A stretch of 43,537 bases of DNA from a virus (taxonomy: Duplodnaviria > Caudoviricetes), in IMG/VR virus record IMGVR_UViG_3300022936_000004, positions 1-43,537 of that record; one strand, given 5' to 3'. Position numbers and translations under genes: made by a program. Under the pieces are notes generated by a model, which saw nothing but the letters and a program-made list of their open reading frames with translations, searched no databases and was not told where the DNA came from. The stretch's first letter is position 1. Each line of letters starts with the position of its first letter. Shown here one piece after another: positions 19,850-28,261 of the stretch.

Positions 19850-20207
19850 CGCCGCCCGCCTTCACGAGATTGACCTGAAAGCCAGTCGGTAGCGGGTTCT
19901 CAGGGTCGGAACCAACTAACGTTTTGTCGCCGTACTTCTTGGGCATCAGCTTGGAGAGATACCACTTGCGGGCATCTAACGCGAGGCGGCCAAGGCCCGC
20001 GTCTTCTGCCGTTAGGGCCTCTTCCATGCCACGATCAGCTTCAGCATCAAGGCCAACCTCTTTCGCGCGCGCGTACTGGTTTGCGTTCTCTGCGTCCTTA
20101 TCCACCCATCGCAGGAACGTAGCCTTATCCATTCCCGTCTCTCGGCAGGACTTGGATAGGTTACCTGTATCTCTCAGGCTTTCGAGGACCTCTTCAGGCG
20201 TTGCCAC
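19836..20207 (-). CDS. terS: Terminase small subunit
   Basis: HTH N-terminus, YARAKE, DARKWYLSKLMPKKYGDK. Confidence 0.88.
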   Translation of the reverse strand: MATPEEVLESLRDTGNLSKSCRETGMDKATFLRWVDKDAENANQYARAKEVGLDAEADRGMEEALTAEDAGLGRLALDARKWYLSKLMPKKYGDKTLVGSDPENPLPTGFQVNLVKAGGGDAS

Positions 20208-20433
20208 TTGTCACCTCGCGTACGTCTTCGGGCGACATCGGGCTGTCGTCCAATGCGGTACGGGCCGCCATATTAATGATGTCGGGGCTGTCACCGCTGA
20301 ATGGAACCATGCGCTCTCGCCCATCCGTCCTAACGTAAGCCAGAACCTTACGGTCCGGGAACTCCATGCTATACGCGATAGCTGCGTACTTTCTTTCCGC
20401 CGTTACGGCCAATCCAGCAGGAAGTTTGTTCAC
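20194..20433 (-). CDS. Hypothetical protein
   Basis: 79 aa overlapping the terS start. Confidence 0.5.
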   Translation of the reverse strand: MNKLPAGLAVTAERKYAAIAYSMEFPDRKVLAYVRTDGRERMVPFSGDSPDIINMAARTALDDSPMSPEDVREVTSGNA

Positions 20434-20645
20434 GTTATCTCATTATCCCAAATGGGCGCAGAGCGGTCGATGCCAGCAGGAGCGCTTTGAACGGACTCAT
20501 GCCACTACGCTCATCTCACTCAATAGCCATGCTGCGGTTGCGAAGGAAAGACCTAGGGCTATCAGGTTTATGCGGGTGGGTGCGTTGAAGGTAGCCAGTA
20601 GAAAGGCTATCAGAGCAAAGAGGATGAGGGCCAGTTTGATGGTGA

Positions 20646-20915
20646 TCATGAGTTTCTACCCCGGCTCTGGCTATCGTGGAAGTCACGCGTGGATTCTGCC
20701 ATCCTTGGGGCAAGCAGCCACAGAGCGCCAGAGACCGTGAATAGCAATCCCGCACTAAGGGCGCTTTCCCACCAATGCGCCGTGTTGCCATGGTAGTTGC
20801 AGATGGCCGTAAACAAGGCTCCGGCTGCGAGAATCAGAACGCCACAAGAGAACGTGCGGATATGCCGCATCTCTTGCCGGATTGCCCAATCTGTCCGCCA
20901 GTTCTCCATACTCAT
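20646..20915 (-). CDS. Two-TM membrane protein
   Basis: Two hydrophobic segments; AAGGA RBS. Confidence 0.55.
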   Translation of the reverse strand: MSMENWRTDWAIRQEMRHIRTFSCGVLILAAGALFTAICNYHGNTAHWWESALSAGLLFTVSGALWLLAPRMAESTRDFHDSQSRGRNS

Positions 20916-20918
20916 TCC

Positions 20919-21203
20919 TTATACCTTTGGAGGGGAGGGTGTGCAAGGGTTGGTGCGTACGGTGTGGGCGTCCGAGCAATCCCATGCCCGAATGTCAGGC
21001 ACCTCTCCGGCCCGACCGCAGGCATAACCGACCTCAAGACCCTCTTTGAACGCCTCCTCAACAAGCAAGGATAGACGTTCGATCTCGGTGGCTGCTTCGT
21101 CGCCGTCGGGGTTGCGCGGGACGGTAACTGGGCGAGACCATCCCTGCTCTGGGACCTGAATCACCCGCTTCGACCGCAGCCGTTCCAGTAGCCCTTCATT
21201 CAT
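20919..21203 (-). CDS. Hypothetical protein (start revised to MNEGLLERL)
   Basis: LLERLR...PRNPDGDEAATEIERL motif common in phage accessory genes. Confidence 0.6.
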   Translation of the reverse strand: MNEGLLERLRSKRVIQVPEQGWSRPVTVPRNPDGDEAATEIERLSLLVEEAFKEGLEVGYACGRAGEVPDIRAWDCSDAHTVRTNPCTPSPPKV

Positions 21204-22101
21204 GGGTGGTGTCCTTGCTGGCAGGGGTGGGCGTCTGCCCGTTGGGCACCGCGCTTTCGCCTTCGGTCGAGCCACTGCGTGTCTCGCCGCTTCGCGCTTC
21301 AATCGCTGACGCTTGCTCGTGCAGCCAGTTCCATGCGCCAGTCAGAGCGCGCGCGATCTGCGGGCTATTCGGACTCGTGCCAGTGTGGCAGATCACGGTT
21401 CCGCTGCCTTCGATGTAGAGGCCGTGCATATGCTGCGGGCCGCTCTGGTCGAAATAGGCGGTGGTCAGCTTGACGCTCTCCGCGACATGGTTTGCGTGGC
21501 CGTCAGCGTCGAACGCCTCGGTCTGGCCCCACTCCGCAATGCCGACCTTCAGCACGATCTCGCGGATATCATCCGGAATGTCCGCGCTAGGGATCGTACC
21601 GGCGGAGCCGACAAGACCCGCAGGGGCTTCGCCCGAAGGGGTAGAGCCCGGGTCCGAAGGACAGCGCCCATCCTCAGGTCGATCCATCAGGACTGTACCA
21701 GAGGAGGCGCGGAGAGCTTCGGCGACCGCGTTCCAGTAGGTGCGTTCAGTGTCCGCGACAGGGTAGCGGTGAAAATCGCCGTCAGGCTGGCCGACCTTGA
21801 TCGCGGCTTCAATCGCCTCGTCCTCCACCAAGCTGGTGCTATGCTCGGGAGTTGGACGGGTGAGGTTTTCGAGGTGCGAGACTTCCCAGCCATCGACCAG
21901 ATCGCCATTGCAGACCGGAGGCCATTTCTCCGATATGGTGATGTCGTAACCGCCCATCATCTCGGGCGCGTACCGGATCGCGACGACATGCGCTTCAACG
22001 TCCCGCCAATCCGCCGCGTAGGCCATGGGCAGCAAATGTGATTTGCAGAATACGAGGTCACCAATCTGGTGAGGACACGGCAGGTGCTTCGGCTCACCCA
22101 T
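21196..22101 (-). CDS. Mosaic hypothetical protein containing two translated structured repeats
   Basis: 301 aa; elements E2 and E1 are read in frame. Confidence 0.6.
   Translation of the reverse strand: MGEPKHLPCPHQIGDLVFCKSHLLPMAYAADWRDVEAHVVAIRYAPEMMGGYDITISEKWPPVCNGDLVDGWEVSHLENLTRPTPEHSTSLVEDEAIEAAIKVGQPDGDFHRYPVADTERTYWNAVAEALRASSGTVLMDRPEDGRCPSDPGSTPSGEAPAGLVGSAGTIPSADIPDDIREIVLKVGIAEWGQTEAFDADGHANHVAESVKLTTAYFDQSGPQHMHGLYIEGSGTVICHTGTSPNSPQIARALTGAWNWLHEQASAIEARSGETRSGSTEGESAVPNGQTPTPASKDTTHE
21230..21312 (-). repeat. Structured repeat element E1
   Basis: GCGTCAGCGATTGAAGCGCGAAGCGGCGAGACACGCAGTGGCTCGACCGAAGGCGAAAGCGCGGTGCCCAACGGGCAGACGCC. Confidence 0.85.
21584..21668 (+). repeat. 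Structured repeat element E2 (inverted partner of E1)
   Basis: GCGCTAGGGATCGTACCGGCGGAGCCGACAAGACCCGCAGGGGCTTCGCCCGAAGGGGTAGAGCCCGGGTCCGAAGGACAGCGCC. Confidence 0.75.
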
Positions 22102-22441
22102 GGGATATTCCTTCGTTGATGAGGGCGGGATGCGAAACGTCGATCGCGTAAACCAGCTCGGGGTTCGGCCCGAAATGCGGGTGTGTGATCGTGCGGATCA
22201 TCTCGCCGCGATATTGCCGGGTCAGCCGGGTCACGCCCTCGACGCCACCAGCCTTCGGATAGCCTCGCGTCAGCACGACATGGCGATAGGACCGGTTGCG
22301 CAGGCGCTTGATCCAGTACGGCGTGACGAGCCGGTATTCCTCCAGCTTTTCGCCGCTCGCGATCTGGTCGAAATAGACACCCTTCACTGGGATGGTGAGG
22401 TCCTTCGTCAGCCCCGCCGCAACTTGTGGAATGGTGGTCAT
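22094..22441 (-). CDS. ASCH/PUA-like domain protein
   Basis: L-x-VKGVYFDQIASGEKLEEYRL...YWIKRL...RGYP. Confidence 0.8.
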   Translation of the reverse strand: MTTIPQVAAGLTKDLTIPVKGVYFDQIASGEKLEEYRLVTPYWIKRLRNRSYRHVVLTRGYPKAGGVEGVTRLTRQYRGEMIRTITHPHFGPNPELVYAIDVSHPALINEGISHG

Positions 22442-22641
22442 GCGGGCTGATCCTTGAACCAACAGAACGGCTCGCGAGGCCAGTGGATGTAGTGATGCGC
22501 CTCGCCCTCAGGGCCGTCGTAGCGGCTGATAACGAGGACGGTGTTGCCTGCCGTCCAAAACCACGCCTTCACGCGGTCGTAGGCGACCTGAGACGTGCTA
22601 TCGTCGCGATAAAGGGTAAGTTTGCGCTCGGTGCGGGGCAT
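22438..22641 (-). CDS. Hypothetical protein (MPRTERKLTLY...)
   Basis: Translationally coupled on both sides. Confidence 0.55.
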   Translation of the reverse strand: MPRTERKLTLYRDDSTSQVAYDRVKAWFWTAGNTVLVISRYDGPEGEAHHYIHWPREPFCWFKDQPA

Positions 22642-23012
22642 CAGAAGCCTCCCGTCTTGGAGTGCTGAACGCAAAACAGCCCGCCAAGCCCGTGGCCATC
22701 TCGGCGTTTGCAGCGAAACAGGTGCAGTACGAGCGATCCCCGTCCAGCGTACCCAGCGCAGCGCCCCGGCGACCACCGCTGTGGCTCATGGTCCTCCATG
22801 AAGCACTCGTAGTGCCGAGATTTGACGCGCTCTATCTCAGCCGCTCGCGCGCGCTCCTCAATGATCCCCTCCCTATCAGGGACGGTGGGACGGGAGAGGG
22901 CTTCAGCGGCGCGAAGCATGGCACGGCGCGCGGTGTGCGGGATGCCCGACACCAATGACGTGTCGCACAGGGTGCGCAGCTCCGCGATCAGCGCTTCATC
23001 TGGGGTGGTCAT
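22641..23012 (-). CDS. Hypothetical protein with C-terminal Cys/His motif
   Basis: RCKRRDGHGLGGLFCVQH. Confidence 0.55.
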   Translation of the reverse strand: MTTPDEALIAELRTLCDTSLVSGIPHTARRAMLRAAEALSRPTVPDREGIIEERARAAEIERVKSRHYECFMEDHEPQRWSPGRCAGYAGRGSLVLHLFRCKRRDGHGLGGLFCVQHSKTGGF

Positions 23013-23974
23013 TTGCCTGCATCCCCGTTCGTTGTGGTGCGGGTGACTATTGCGATAGCCTCTTCAGGGGGCGCATCGCGGGGTATGCCCGAGCGCTCGA
23101 CCATGTTTCTGCCGAGTTTGACCGTTGCTTCCTGAACGCGCCTATCGTCAGCATCCGGCAACGGGTAGGTATCAGATGCCCAACCAGTCGTGTCGGTGAG
23201 CATGAGGTACATTCCGTTCGTCCACAGGGGCTGCTCGGAAAGAACTTCGAAAGCGCCTTTGAGCGCGGACAGGCAATCTAGAACGGCCCGATCATAGGCC
23301 TCACCCTTTGCGCCTTCGAAGGCCGGGGTGAAGTTCGCAGCCGCCCGTGCACGCACGGCAATCAGGGGCGCGAACAGCGGATGATCCTCATCCCGAGCGT
23401 ACGGGTCCAAGGCTGGCACGAACACTCCCGCCACCCGCTCGACTTCCCCCGAAGGATCGGAGGGGGTGGCGGCATAAGGCACGATGGTCCACGCATCTTC
23501 GTCTTCGCGGTGGACCGCTTCCGCGTCCTCACGGCGAGCATAACGGGTCGCCTGTTCGCGGTCGGCGGTCCAATCGCTCATGCCGTCCGACCAAGTGCGC
23601 CACCGCTTACCGTCGCCGGAACCGACGATCCAGCCAAGGGGAGCCGCTTCCACCCCACCGGACGGATGGGGATGGGAGAGGGCGGCGCGAACCGCTGTCC
23701 AGTACGCCCGCTCCGTGTCCTGTATCGGGTTAAAGCGGAAGTCGCGGGTAGGCGGCACGGTGTTGGGCCACGCTGATACCTTGATCGCCGCGATAATCGC
23801 AGCATCGGACAGCATCACCCCTTCGCTGGATGCCGTGGATGGCGGGGCCGGGGTTTCGGCGAGACTGGCTTCGATCAGGTCTGCCGCCGTGTCGAAATCG
23901 TCCCCGAGAGGTTCGCCGTCCCGAAATCGCTCGATCAGTGCCCGCGCTTCTGACGCATTGTGGGGGGATTTCAT
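23009..23974 (-). CDS. Mosaic hypothetical protein
   Basis: 321 aa with several short domains joined by Pro/Ser linkers. Confidence 0.6.
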   Translation of the reverse strand: MKSPHNASEARALIERFRDGEPLGDDFDTAADLIEASLAETPAPPSTASSEGVMLSDAAIIAAIKVSAWPNTVPPTRDFRFNPIQDTERAYWTAVRAALSHPHPSGGVEAAPLGWIVGSGDGKRWRTWSDGMSDWTADREQATRYARREDAEAVHREDEDAWTIVPYAATPSDPSGEVERVAGVFVPALDPYARDEDHPLFAPLIAVRARAAANFTPAFEGAKGEAYDRAVLDCLSALKGAFEVLSEQPLWTNGMYLMLTDTTGWASDTYPLPDADDRRVQEATVKLGRNMVERSGIPRDAPPEEAIAIVTRTTTNGDAGK

Positions 23975-24312
23975 GCTGGGGTTTCCTGCTCGCTCGATGC
24001 GGTGGAAGGGGTGCGGATGATCTCAGCCATGCGTGCGAAGCGCAGTATTTGGGAAAGCCCGCTAGGCGATGCCCAATTCTCGCAAAATTCGATGACGGCC
24101 TGATCGGTCCATTCAGTTGCCCGCTCTTCCGCTACTGCTTGTTGACGGTGACGGGCGAGAAGCAGGATCACCCAGTCGTAATCGCCGCCCGCATTGGTTC
24201 CCGCGCGAATCCAACCCGCATAGTCAGGATCGCGGAAATACGAGTACAGGCCAGCCGCAGCATCACGATCCGTCTGGTTCACTTCTACCGTTTCGGGAAG
24301 GGTGTTGGTCAT
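23971..24312 (-). CDS. Hypothetical protein (MTNTLPETVEV...)
   Basis: ATGA-coupled to the upstream ORF. Confidence 0.55.
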   Translation of the reverse strand: MTNTLPETVEVNQTDRDAAAGLYSYFRDPDYAGWIRAGTNAGGDYDWVILLLARHRQQAVAEERATEWTDQAVIEFCENWASPSGLSQILRFARMAEIIRTPSTASSEQETPA

Positions 24313-24782
24313 GAGGGGTCTCCAGATGGAGTTTGGGCGTCTGGCTGCGCCACCGCGCTCTCGCCTACGGCTGCGCCCGTTCCGGTCGCATCGCTTCGCG
24401 CTTCGATCGCTGACGCGTGAGTTTCGAGAGCCGCCGCTAGTTCGCGAAGCTGGCAAGCATCATCGAACGGGCACTCTCCCCTGTCGGACAGGGGGCACTC
24501 GGAAACACCGGTGGTCCAGTCCATGGGACTGACGCGCGCGCATCCCGGTTCGCAATCGATCCGGTCAGCTACAGCACGCAGCACGTCCACCGATGCGCCG
24601 CGATGTTCGACCTTCAAGGTGTAAACAGCATCCCGATACTCGACCATCTGCCGAAAGCGGAGTTCGCTCGACGCCTTGTATTGGTCGCGCTCTTCGATGA
24701 TGCGCTGCCTCTCACCGCGCGCCATCCACCACCAACGGCGAACGACGTTGCGGGTGTCGCGGATTGCCCGTCCAACTTTCAT
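24309..24782 (-). CDS. Hypothetical protein ending in translated element E3
   Basis: C-terminus ASAIEARSDATGTGAAVGESAV. Confidence 0.55.
   Translation of the reverse strand: MKVGRAIRDTRNVVRRWWWMARGERQRIIEERDQYKASSELRFRQMVEYRDAVYTLKVEHRGASVDVLRAVADRIDCEPGCARVSPMDWTTGVSECPLSDRGECPFDDACQLRELAAALETHASAIEARSDATGTGAAVGESAVAQPDAQTPSGDPS
24336..24416 (-). repeat. Structured repeat element E3
   Basis: GCGTCAGCGATCGAAGCGCGAAGCGATGCGACCGGAACGGGCGCAGCCGTAGGCGAGAGCGCGGTGGCGCAGCCAGACGCC. Confidence 0.85.
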
Positions 24783-25012
24783 TTCGCCCTCCTGAGAAGA
24801 TGCGCCAGTTCAAGCGCGCTACGCACGTGACTCATGATGATCTGATCGTCGCTGGAAACCGACTGCATGACCGCCGCGCCAAGGTGGGCGATGATTTCCG
24901 CAATCACATCCGCGCTAGGGATTGAAGCCGGGACGGGCGAGACAGCTTGCTGGCTCGATGCCGAAGGCACGAAAGCCCGGTCCGGTACGGAAGCGCCATT
25001 ATCCTCGCTCAT
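24779..25012 (-). CDS. Hypothetical protein beginning with antisense element E4
   Basis: N-terminus ...VSPVPASIPSAD. Confidence 0.5.
   Translation of the reverse strand: MSEDNGASVPDRAFVPSASSQQAVSPVPASIPSADVIAEIIAHLGAAVMQSVSSDDQIIMSHVRSALELAHLLRRAK
24912..24997 (+). repeat. Structured repeat element E4 (inverted partner of E3)
   Basis: GCGCTAGGGATTGAAGCCGGGACGGGCGAGACAGCTTGCTGGCTCGATGCCGAAGGCACGAAAGCCCGGTCCGGTACGGAAGCGCC. Confidence 0.85.
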
Positions 25013-25218
25013 GATGCCCCACCCTCCTTGCGGAGATGGGAGGCTACTTGCTGGCCGAGGGGCGCTAGCTCCACATAGGTCAGACAGAGAGCGTGCAACT
25101 GGCGAGCGATCCCCGGCTTGTCTCGTGCCAGATCGTCCATCGTCCAGTTGTCGTTATCCACTAACGCCGCCCGCTGCGCCTTCGTGAGGCTTGCGACTAT
25201 CTCAGCTACATCGGTCAT
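25009..25218 (-). CDS. Small winged-helix-like hypothetical protein
   Basis: LTKAQRAAL...LAPLGQQVASHL; similar to 26765-27025. Confidence 0.55.
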   Translation of the reverse strand: MTDVAEIVASLTKAQRAALVDNDNWTMDDLARDKPGIARQLHALCLTYVELAPLGQQVASHLRKEGGAS

Positions 25219-25562
25219 GATGGAGTTCCTTGGTGGGCACGGGCCTTCAGGGCCGCTGCGCAGATCGCCAGTGGGATGCTGTTGCAGGCGTTTTCGCCGT
25301 AGAAAGGGTAGCCGTCCGCACCGTGGTTCATGTTGATCGTGACGCGCGCGACCCGATAGAGCGTCGTGATTTCGATCTCGTCGCGCATGTCGGCGTGAAC
25401 CAGCGTCATTGCTGCGTCGATGGAGGCGGTGTAATGCGGACCGAGATCACCTCGCTGCCCACGCCTCAGCACGTAAGCGCTTTGCAAGATGGCCGCATCA
25501 AGTTCGCGATCCGGACCCGTCGCAGACTCACACCGAGCCGCCAGTTCGTTCAGATCACCCAC
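25215..25562 (-). CDS. Phage ABA-sandwich-like domain protein
   Basis: GPDRELDAAI...PHYTASIDAAMTLV...PLAICAAALKA. Confidence 0.65.
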   Translation of the reverse strand: MGDLNELAARCESATGPDRELDAAILQSAYVLRRGQRGDLGPHYTASIDAAMTLVHADMRDEIEITTLYRVARVTINMNHGADGYPFYGENACNSIPLAICAAALKARAHQGTPS

Positions 25563-26064
25563 GATCAGCCTCCATCTTACCTTGAGGGGTGGTCTCGTGT
25601 TCGCCGCATCCGCGACCGATCAGTTCGCCATGCGCGCCAGCAGTGAAGTCCTGCCACGACACGAATCCTTGCGGGCAATGGAAGCCCCAATCGCGAACCT
25701 TCGGGCCAGGGAAAAACAGCGAGATGCAGGGCTTGCCGCCAACCAGTTCAAGGCGATGGCTGTCCGTCGCCCTCCGATGAATCAGCGCGCCAGCCTCACG
25801 GAGAAACGTTCCATCCGGCGTGATTTCGCGGTATGCCCCGGCAAGCAGAAGCGAGACGTTATCCCACGGATGATCGTGCAGCGCGCGGTCGTCGTCATCG
25901 CGCAGGATTTCGTGCAGATAGACGTTCTGGAACTCATTGCGCGGAACGATCCACCAACGCCGCAGATAGGCCGGATCGCCGATCACGAAGTCGGGGCCGT
26001 GGATCATCTTGGCGCGCGCCCATGCGGCCATGTCGCCAATATCGGTGTAATCGAGACGGCTCAC
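25555..26064 (-). CDS. Cupin-fold phage protein
   Basis: YLRRW...YLH...DDDRALHDHPW...GAYRE...HRLEL...WGF. Confidence 0.7.
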   Translation of the reverse strand: MSRLDYTDIGDMAAWARAKMIHGPDFVIGDPAYLRRWWIVPRNEFQNVYLHEILRDDDDRALHDHPWDNVSLLLAGAYREITPDGTFLREAGALIHRRATDSHRLELVGGKPCISLFFPGPKVRDWGFHCPQGFVSWQDFTAGAHGELIGRGCGEHETTPQGKMEADRG

Positions 26065-26768
26065 TTCCCCTCTCCCATCTTACCCTTGGTGGGGGAGAGG
26101 AGGGCGCGGGCGACGTGTCGAGCGCGCGACTGGTCCTTCCAGTTGTTGCCAGCGATCTGCTCCAGCCCCTCTCGTAGCTGGCGGATTTCAGCTATTAGGG
26201 TGGGGGCTTGGTTGCGGAGTTCCGAGATAAGGGCTGCGTTGGCGGCGCTTTCGCGGTTGAAGGCATCGTCACCCGGCACCTTCGGATCGATTGCCGAATG
26301 GTGCACGTAGTTGAGGCTTGCGATTGATCGTCCCGATGAAGCGACAACCGGCCAGCCAACAACCGTAGATGGCTTTGCGGCGGCAATCCAAGGCCCCGGC
26401 GTCGCTTCCGCCAGCAGTTTCTCTATATGGTCGATATTGGTCGCGATATCAGTAGGCTGCGGCGCATTCTCCGTAGCCGGAGAACCGGGCTTTCGTCCTT
26501 CGGACTGAGCCACCTTCGGCGTCTCATCGGTTCCCGCTTCAATCCCTTGCGAGATGACGCGGTAACGCACAATGTCGGCGTGCTGGTAGCCGTACCCAGT
26601 TTTGGCGTAGGGGGCAGGAGTATACTCCCACCAATTCCAGCTTTGGCCGAATTTACCCGCGTTGTCGGTCTCCTCATACCCATCGCGGCACTCAACCTCG
26701 ACCAGCGCCTCAGGATCGACAGGGCATTCCCCACCGTTCCATTCTATCCATTGAGGAGTGTTGGTCAT
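26061..26768 (-). CDS. Two-domain accessory protein (WIEWNGGECPV domain + Ead/Ea22-like domain) joined by element E5
   Basis: ATPGPW...ANAALI...NQAPTLIAEIRQLR at the C-terminus; the linker is E5. Confidence 0.65.
   Translation of the reverse strand: MTNTPQWIEWNGGECPVDPEALVEVECRDGYEETDNAGKFGQSWNWWEYTPAPYAKTGYGYQHADIVRYRVISQGIEAGTDETPKVAQSEGRKPGSPATENAPQPTDIATNIDHIEKLLAEATPGPWIAAAKPSTVVGWPVVASSGRSIASLNYVHHSAIDPKVPGDDAFNRESAANAALISELRNQAPTLIAEIRQLREGLEQIAGNNWKDQSRARHVARALLSPTKGKMGEGK
26461..26552 (-). repeat. Structured repeat element E5
   Basis: TCGCAAGGGATTGAAGCGGGAACCGATGAGACGCCGAAGGTGGCTCAGTCCGAAGGACGAAAGCCCGGTTCTCCGGCTACGGAGAATGCGCC. Confidence 0.85.
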
Positions 26769-27025
26769 GCCGAGCCTCCGATATATCGCTGGACCTTCAG
26801 GCCTAGCTCGGTAGGATGCTGAACACAGGCCAACATCGTGCGGCCAAAACCGAGCTGCATCTGGCCATCTGCAAGGCCTTTAGCCTCAAGTGATTTGCGG
26901 GCGCGGGTTAGGCTTGGATCGTAGTTGCCTTTTCCATCTTCACGAAGCTGGCGCAAGACGCGCTTCTCAGGGCCGCTTAGCTTTCGAGCGATCTCGATTA
27001 CTTCCCAGTCGGTTTCCTCGGTCAT
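26765..27025 (-). CDS. Small winged-helix-like hypothetical protein
   Basis: LSGPEKRVL...LEAKGL...PTELG. Confidence 0.55.
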   Translation of the reverse strand: MTEETDWEVIEIARKLSGPEKRVLRQLREDGKGNYDPSLTRARKSLEAKGLADGQMQLGFGRTMLACVQHPTELGLKVQRYIGGSA

Positions 27026-27026
27026 C

Positions 27027-27221
27027 TTACTTCTCCCCTGTGGGGTTGAGCCGGTCCAAGTGGAATTGCGTTAGCTTCACTACGGACGGGCGCGGTGTGC
27101 GATGGTTCTTGCTATCGATGGGGTATTCCCACCTCCGTACCGCAAGAGGGGTTACGCCGTGTATATCGGCGAACTCGCTTAGGCTCATGCCTAGTCTCTT
27201 GCGGGCGGTTTTGATGTTCAT
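27027..27221 (-). CDS. XRE-family HTH transcriptional regulator
   Basis: IKTARKRLGMSLSEFADIHGVTPLAVRRWE. Confidence 0.8.
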   Translation of the reverse strand: MNIKTARKRLGMSLSEFADIHGVTPLAVRRWEYPIDSKNHRTPRPSVVKLTQFHLDRLNPTGEK

Positions 27222-27514
27222 CGGGGCGGCTGCTCACTGACAAGCGGCCCCCAAAAGAAATCTTGGGGCCACTGTGTCACGGGAATGCCGAACACTTGAA
27301 CCGATAACGACTCATCGTCATTCGGGTCATAGCCTCCCATCACATTTTCGCTGACCATGACGATTTCCCAATCGCCCGACGCCCAGCTATCGCCTTCTGG
27401 CTCGATCCTAATTCCCTGATGCGCAGTGCCTTTCAGGCATTCGGAATACAGGTAGCCGCCAGAAGGCGTCTTAAGCTTTGCCCAATAATAGCCGGGGGCC
27501 TGTGGCGCACTCAT
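27218..27514 (-). CDS. Hypothetical protein
   Basis: PGYYWAKL motif; coupled. Confidence 0.6.
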   Translation of the reverse strand: MSAPQAPGYYWAKLKTPSGGYLYSECLKGTAHQGIRIEPEGDSWASGDWEIVMVSENVMGGYDPNDDESLSVQVFGIPVTQWPQDFFWGPLVSEQPPR

Positions 27515-27696
27515 GTCGCTTGCCTCTTCATGACTTCGCGGAAAATAGCGTCCTGCTGCGCCTTGTCCGTGCTGATGTAATACCGCACAGGATCGCGAAG
27601 AAACTGCGCCCGATGCTCAGCAGAAAGTTCGGGCAGTAGGTAGCCGTCGATGTTGAACAGGCTGCGGACCATGTTGGTGAAAAGATGCTGATTCAT
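27511..27696 (-). CDS. Hypothetical protein
   Basis: 61 aa, coupled. Confidence 0.55.
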   Translation of the reverse strand: MNQHLFTNMVRSLFNIDGYLLPELSAEHRAQFLRDPVRYYISTDKAQQDAIFREVMKRQAT

Positions 27697-27857
27697 GCCG
27701 CATCACTCCAGTGGGCCTTGCGGGTGCAGATGTACGAGCCGTAGGCGTTGTCCATCCGATCCACCGCGCGGCTTGCTGCGGCACTCGTCTTGTACTCCGT
27801 AACCTTGCCGGTGATGCGGTTGGTGACGGTGTAGTGCGTGATGTGGGCGGTGGTCAT
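27693..27857 (-). CDS. 54-aa hypothetical protein MTTAHITHYTVTNRITG... (not in the ORF track)
   Basis: AGGAG RBS, ATGA overlap with the next gene, first gene after the promoter. Confidence 0.6.
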   Translation of the reverse strand: MTTAHITHYTVTNRITGKVTEYKTSAAASRAVDRMDNAYGSYICTRKAHWSDAA

Positions 27858-27901
27858 TTGCTTGCTCCTGCGTGGCGAGCCGTAGCGGCTCTGTGAGTTA
27901 G

Positions 27902-27930
27902 GTTGTGCCTGAGGGATTATCCGCTGTCAA
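27902..27930 (-). promoter_or_regulatory. Promoter TTGACA-N17-CACAAC
   Basis: Perfect -35 with 17-bp spacer in an intergenic gap; the -10 resembles CATAAC of the rightward early promoter. Confidence 0.55.
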
Positions 27931-27949
27931 CAGGGTTTGTGAGTTTATT

Positions 27950-28261
27950 TCACTCTTCCTCCATTGCCTTGGTTATCCATGCGCCATAGCAATCCCGATG
28001 ATCCCACGGGAGGAAGGGATAGGGCGTCCCGTCCTTTCGCTCCTGTGCAGCGCCAAGATGGAAGCCGTGCTTGTACGCATCGGGAGCAATGACCTTTAGC
28101 GCCGCCATACCCCACGGAGCCAGCAAGCGGTTCATATCCTCGTCGCTCAGCTTGGCGTTCTCTTCCTCCGTGAATTGTGCTCTCATCCCCTCACGTAAGG
28201 TTCCTAGTCCCTCTATAGGCTCGTCTAGGATAGAGGAGGTTACTTTGTGGATTAGGGTCAT
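27950..28261 (-). CDS. Hypothetical protein
   Basis: 103 aa, coupled. Confidence 0.55.
   Translation of the reverse strand: MTLIHKVTSSILDEPIEGLGTLREGMRAQFTEEENAKLSDEDMNRLLAPWGMAALKVIAPDAYKHGFHLGAAQERKDGTPYPFLPWDHRDCYGAWITKAMEEE

Noticed and set aside
21800-21820. GCGATTGAAGC on the minus strand as another element copy
   Set aside because: Only the 5' motif matches; the downstream stems and CGCC end are missing
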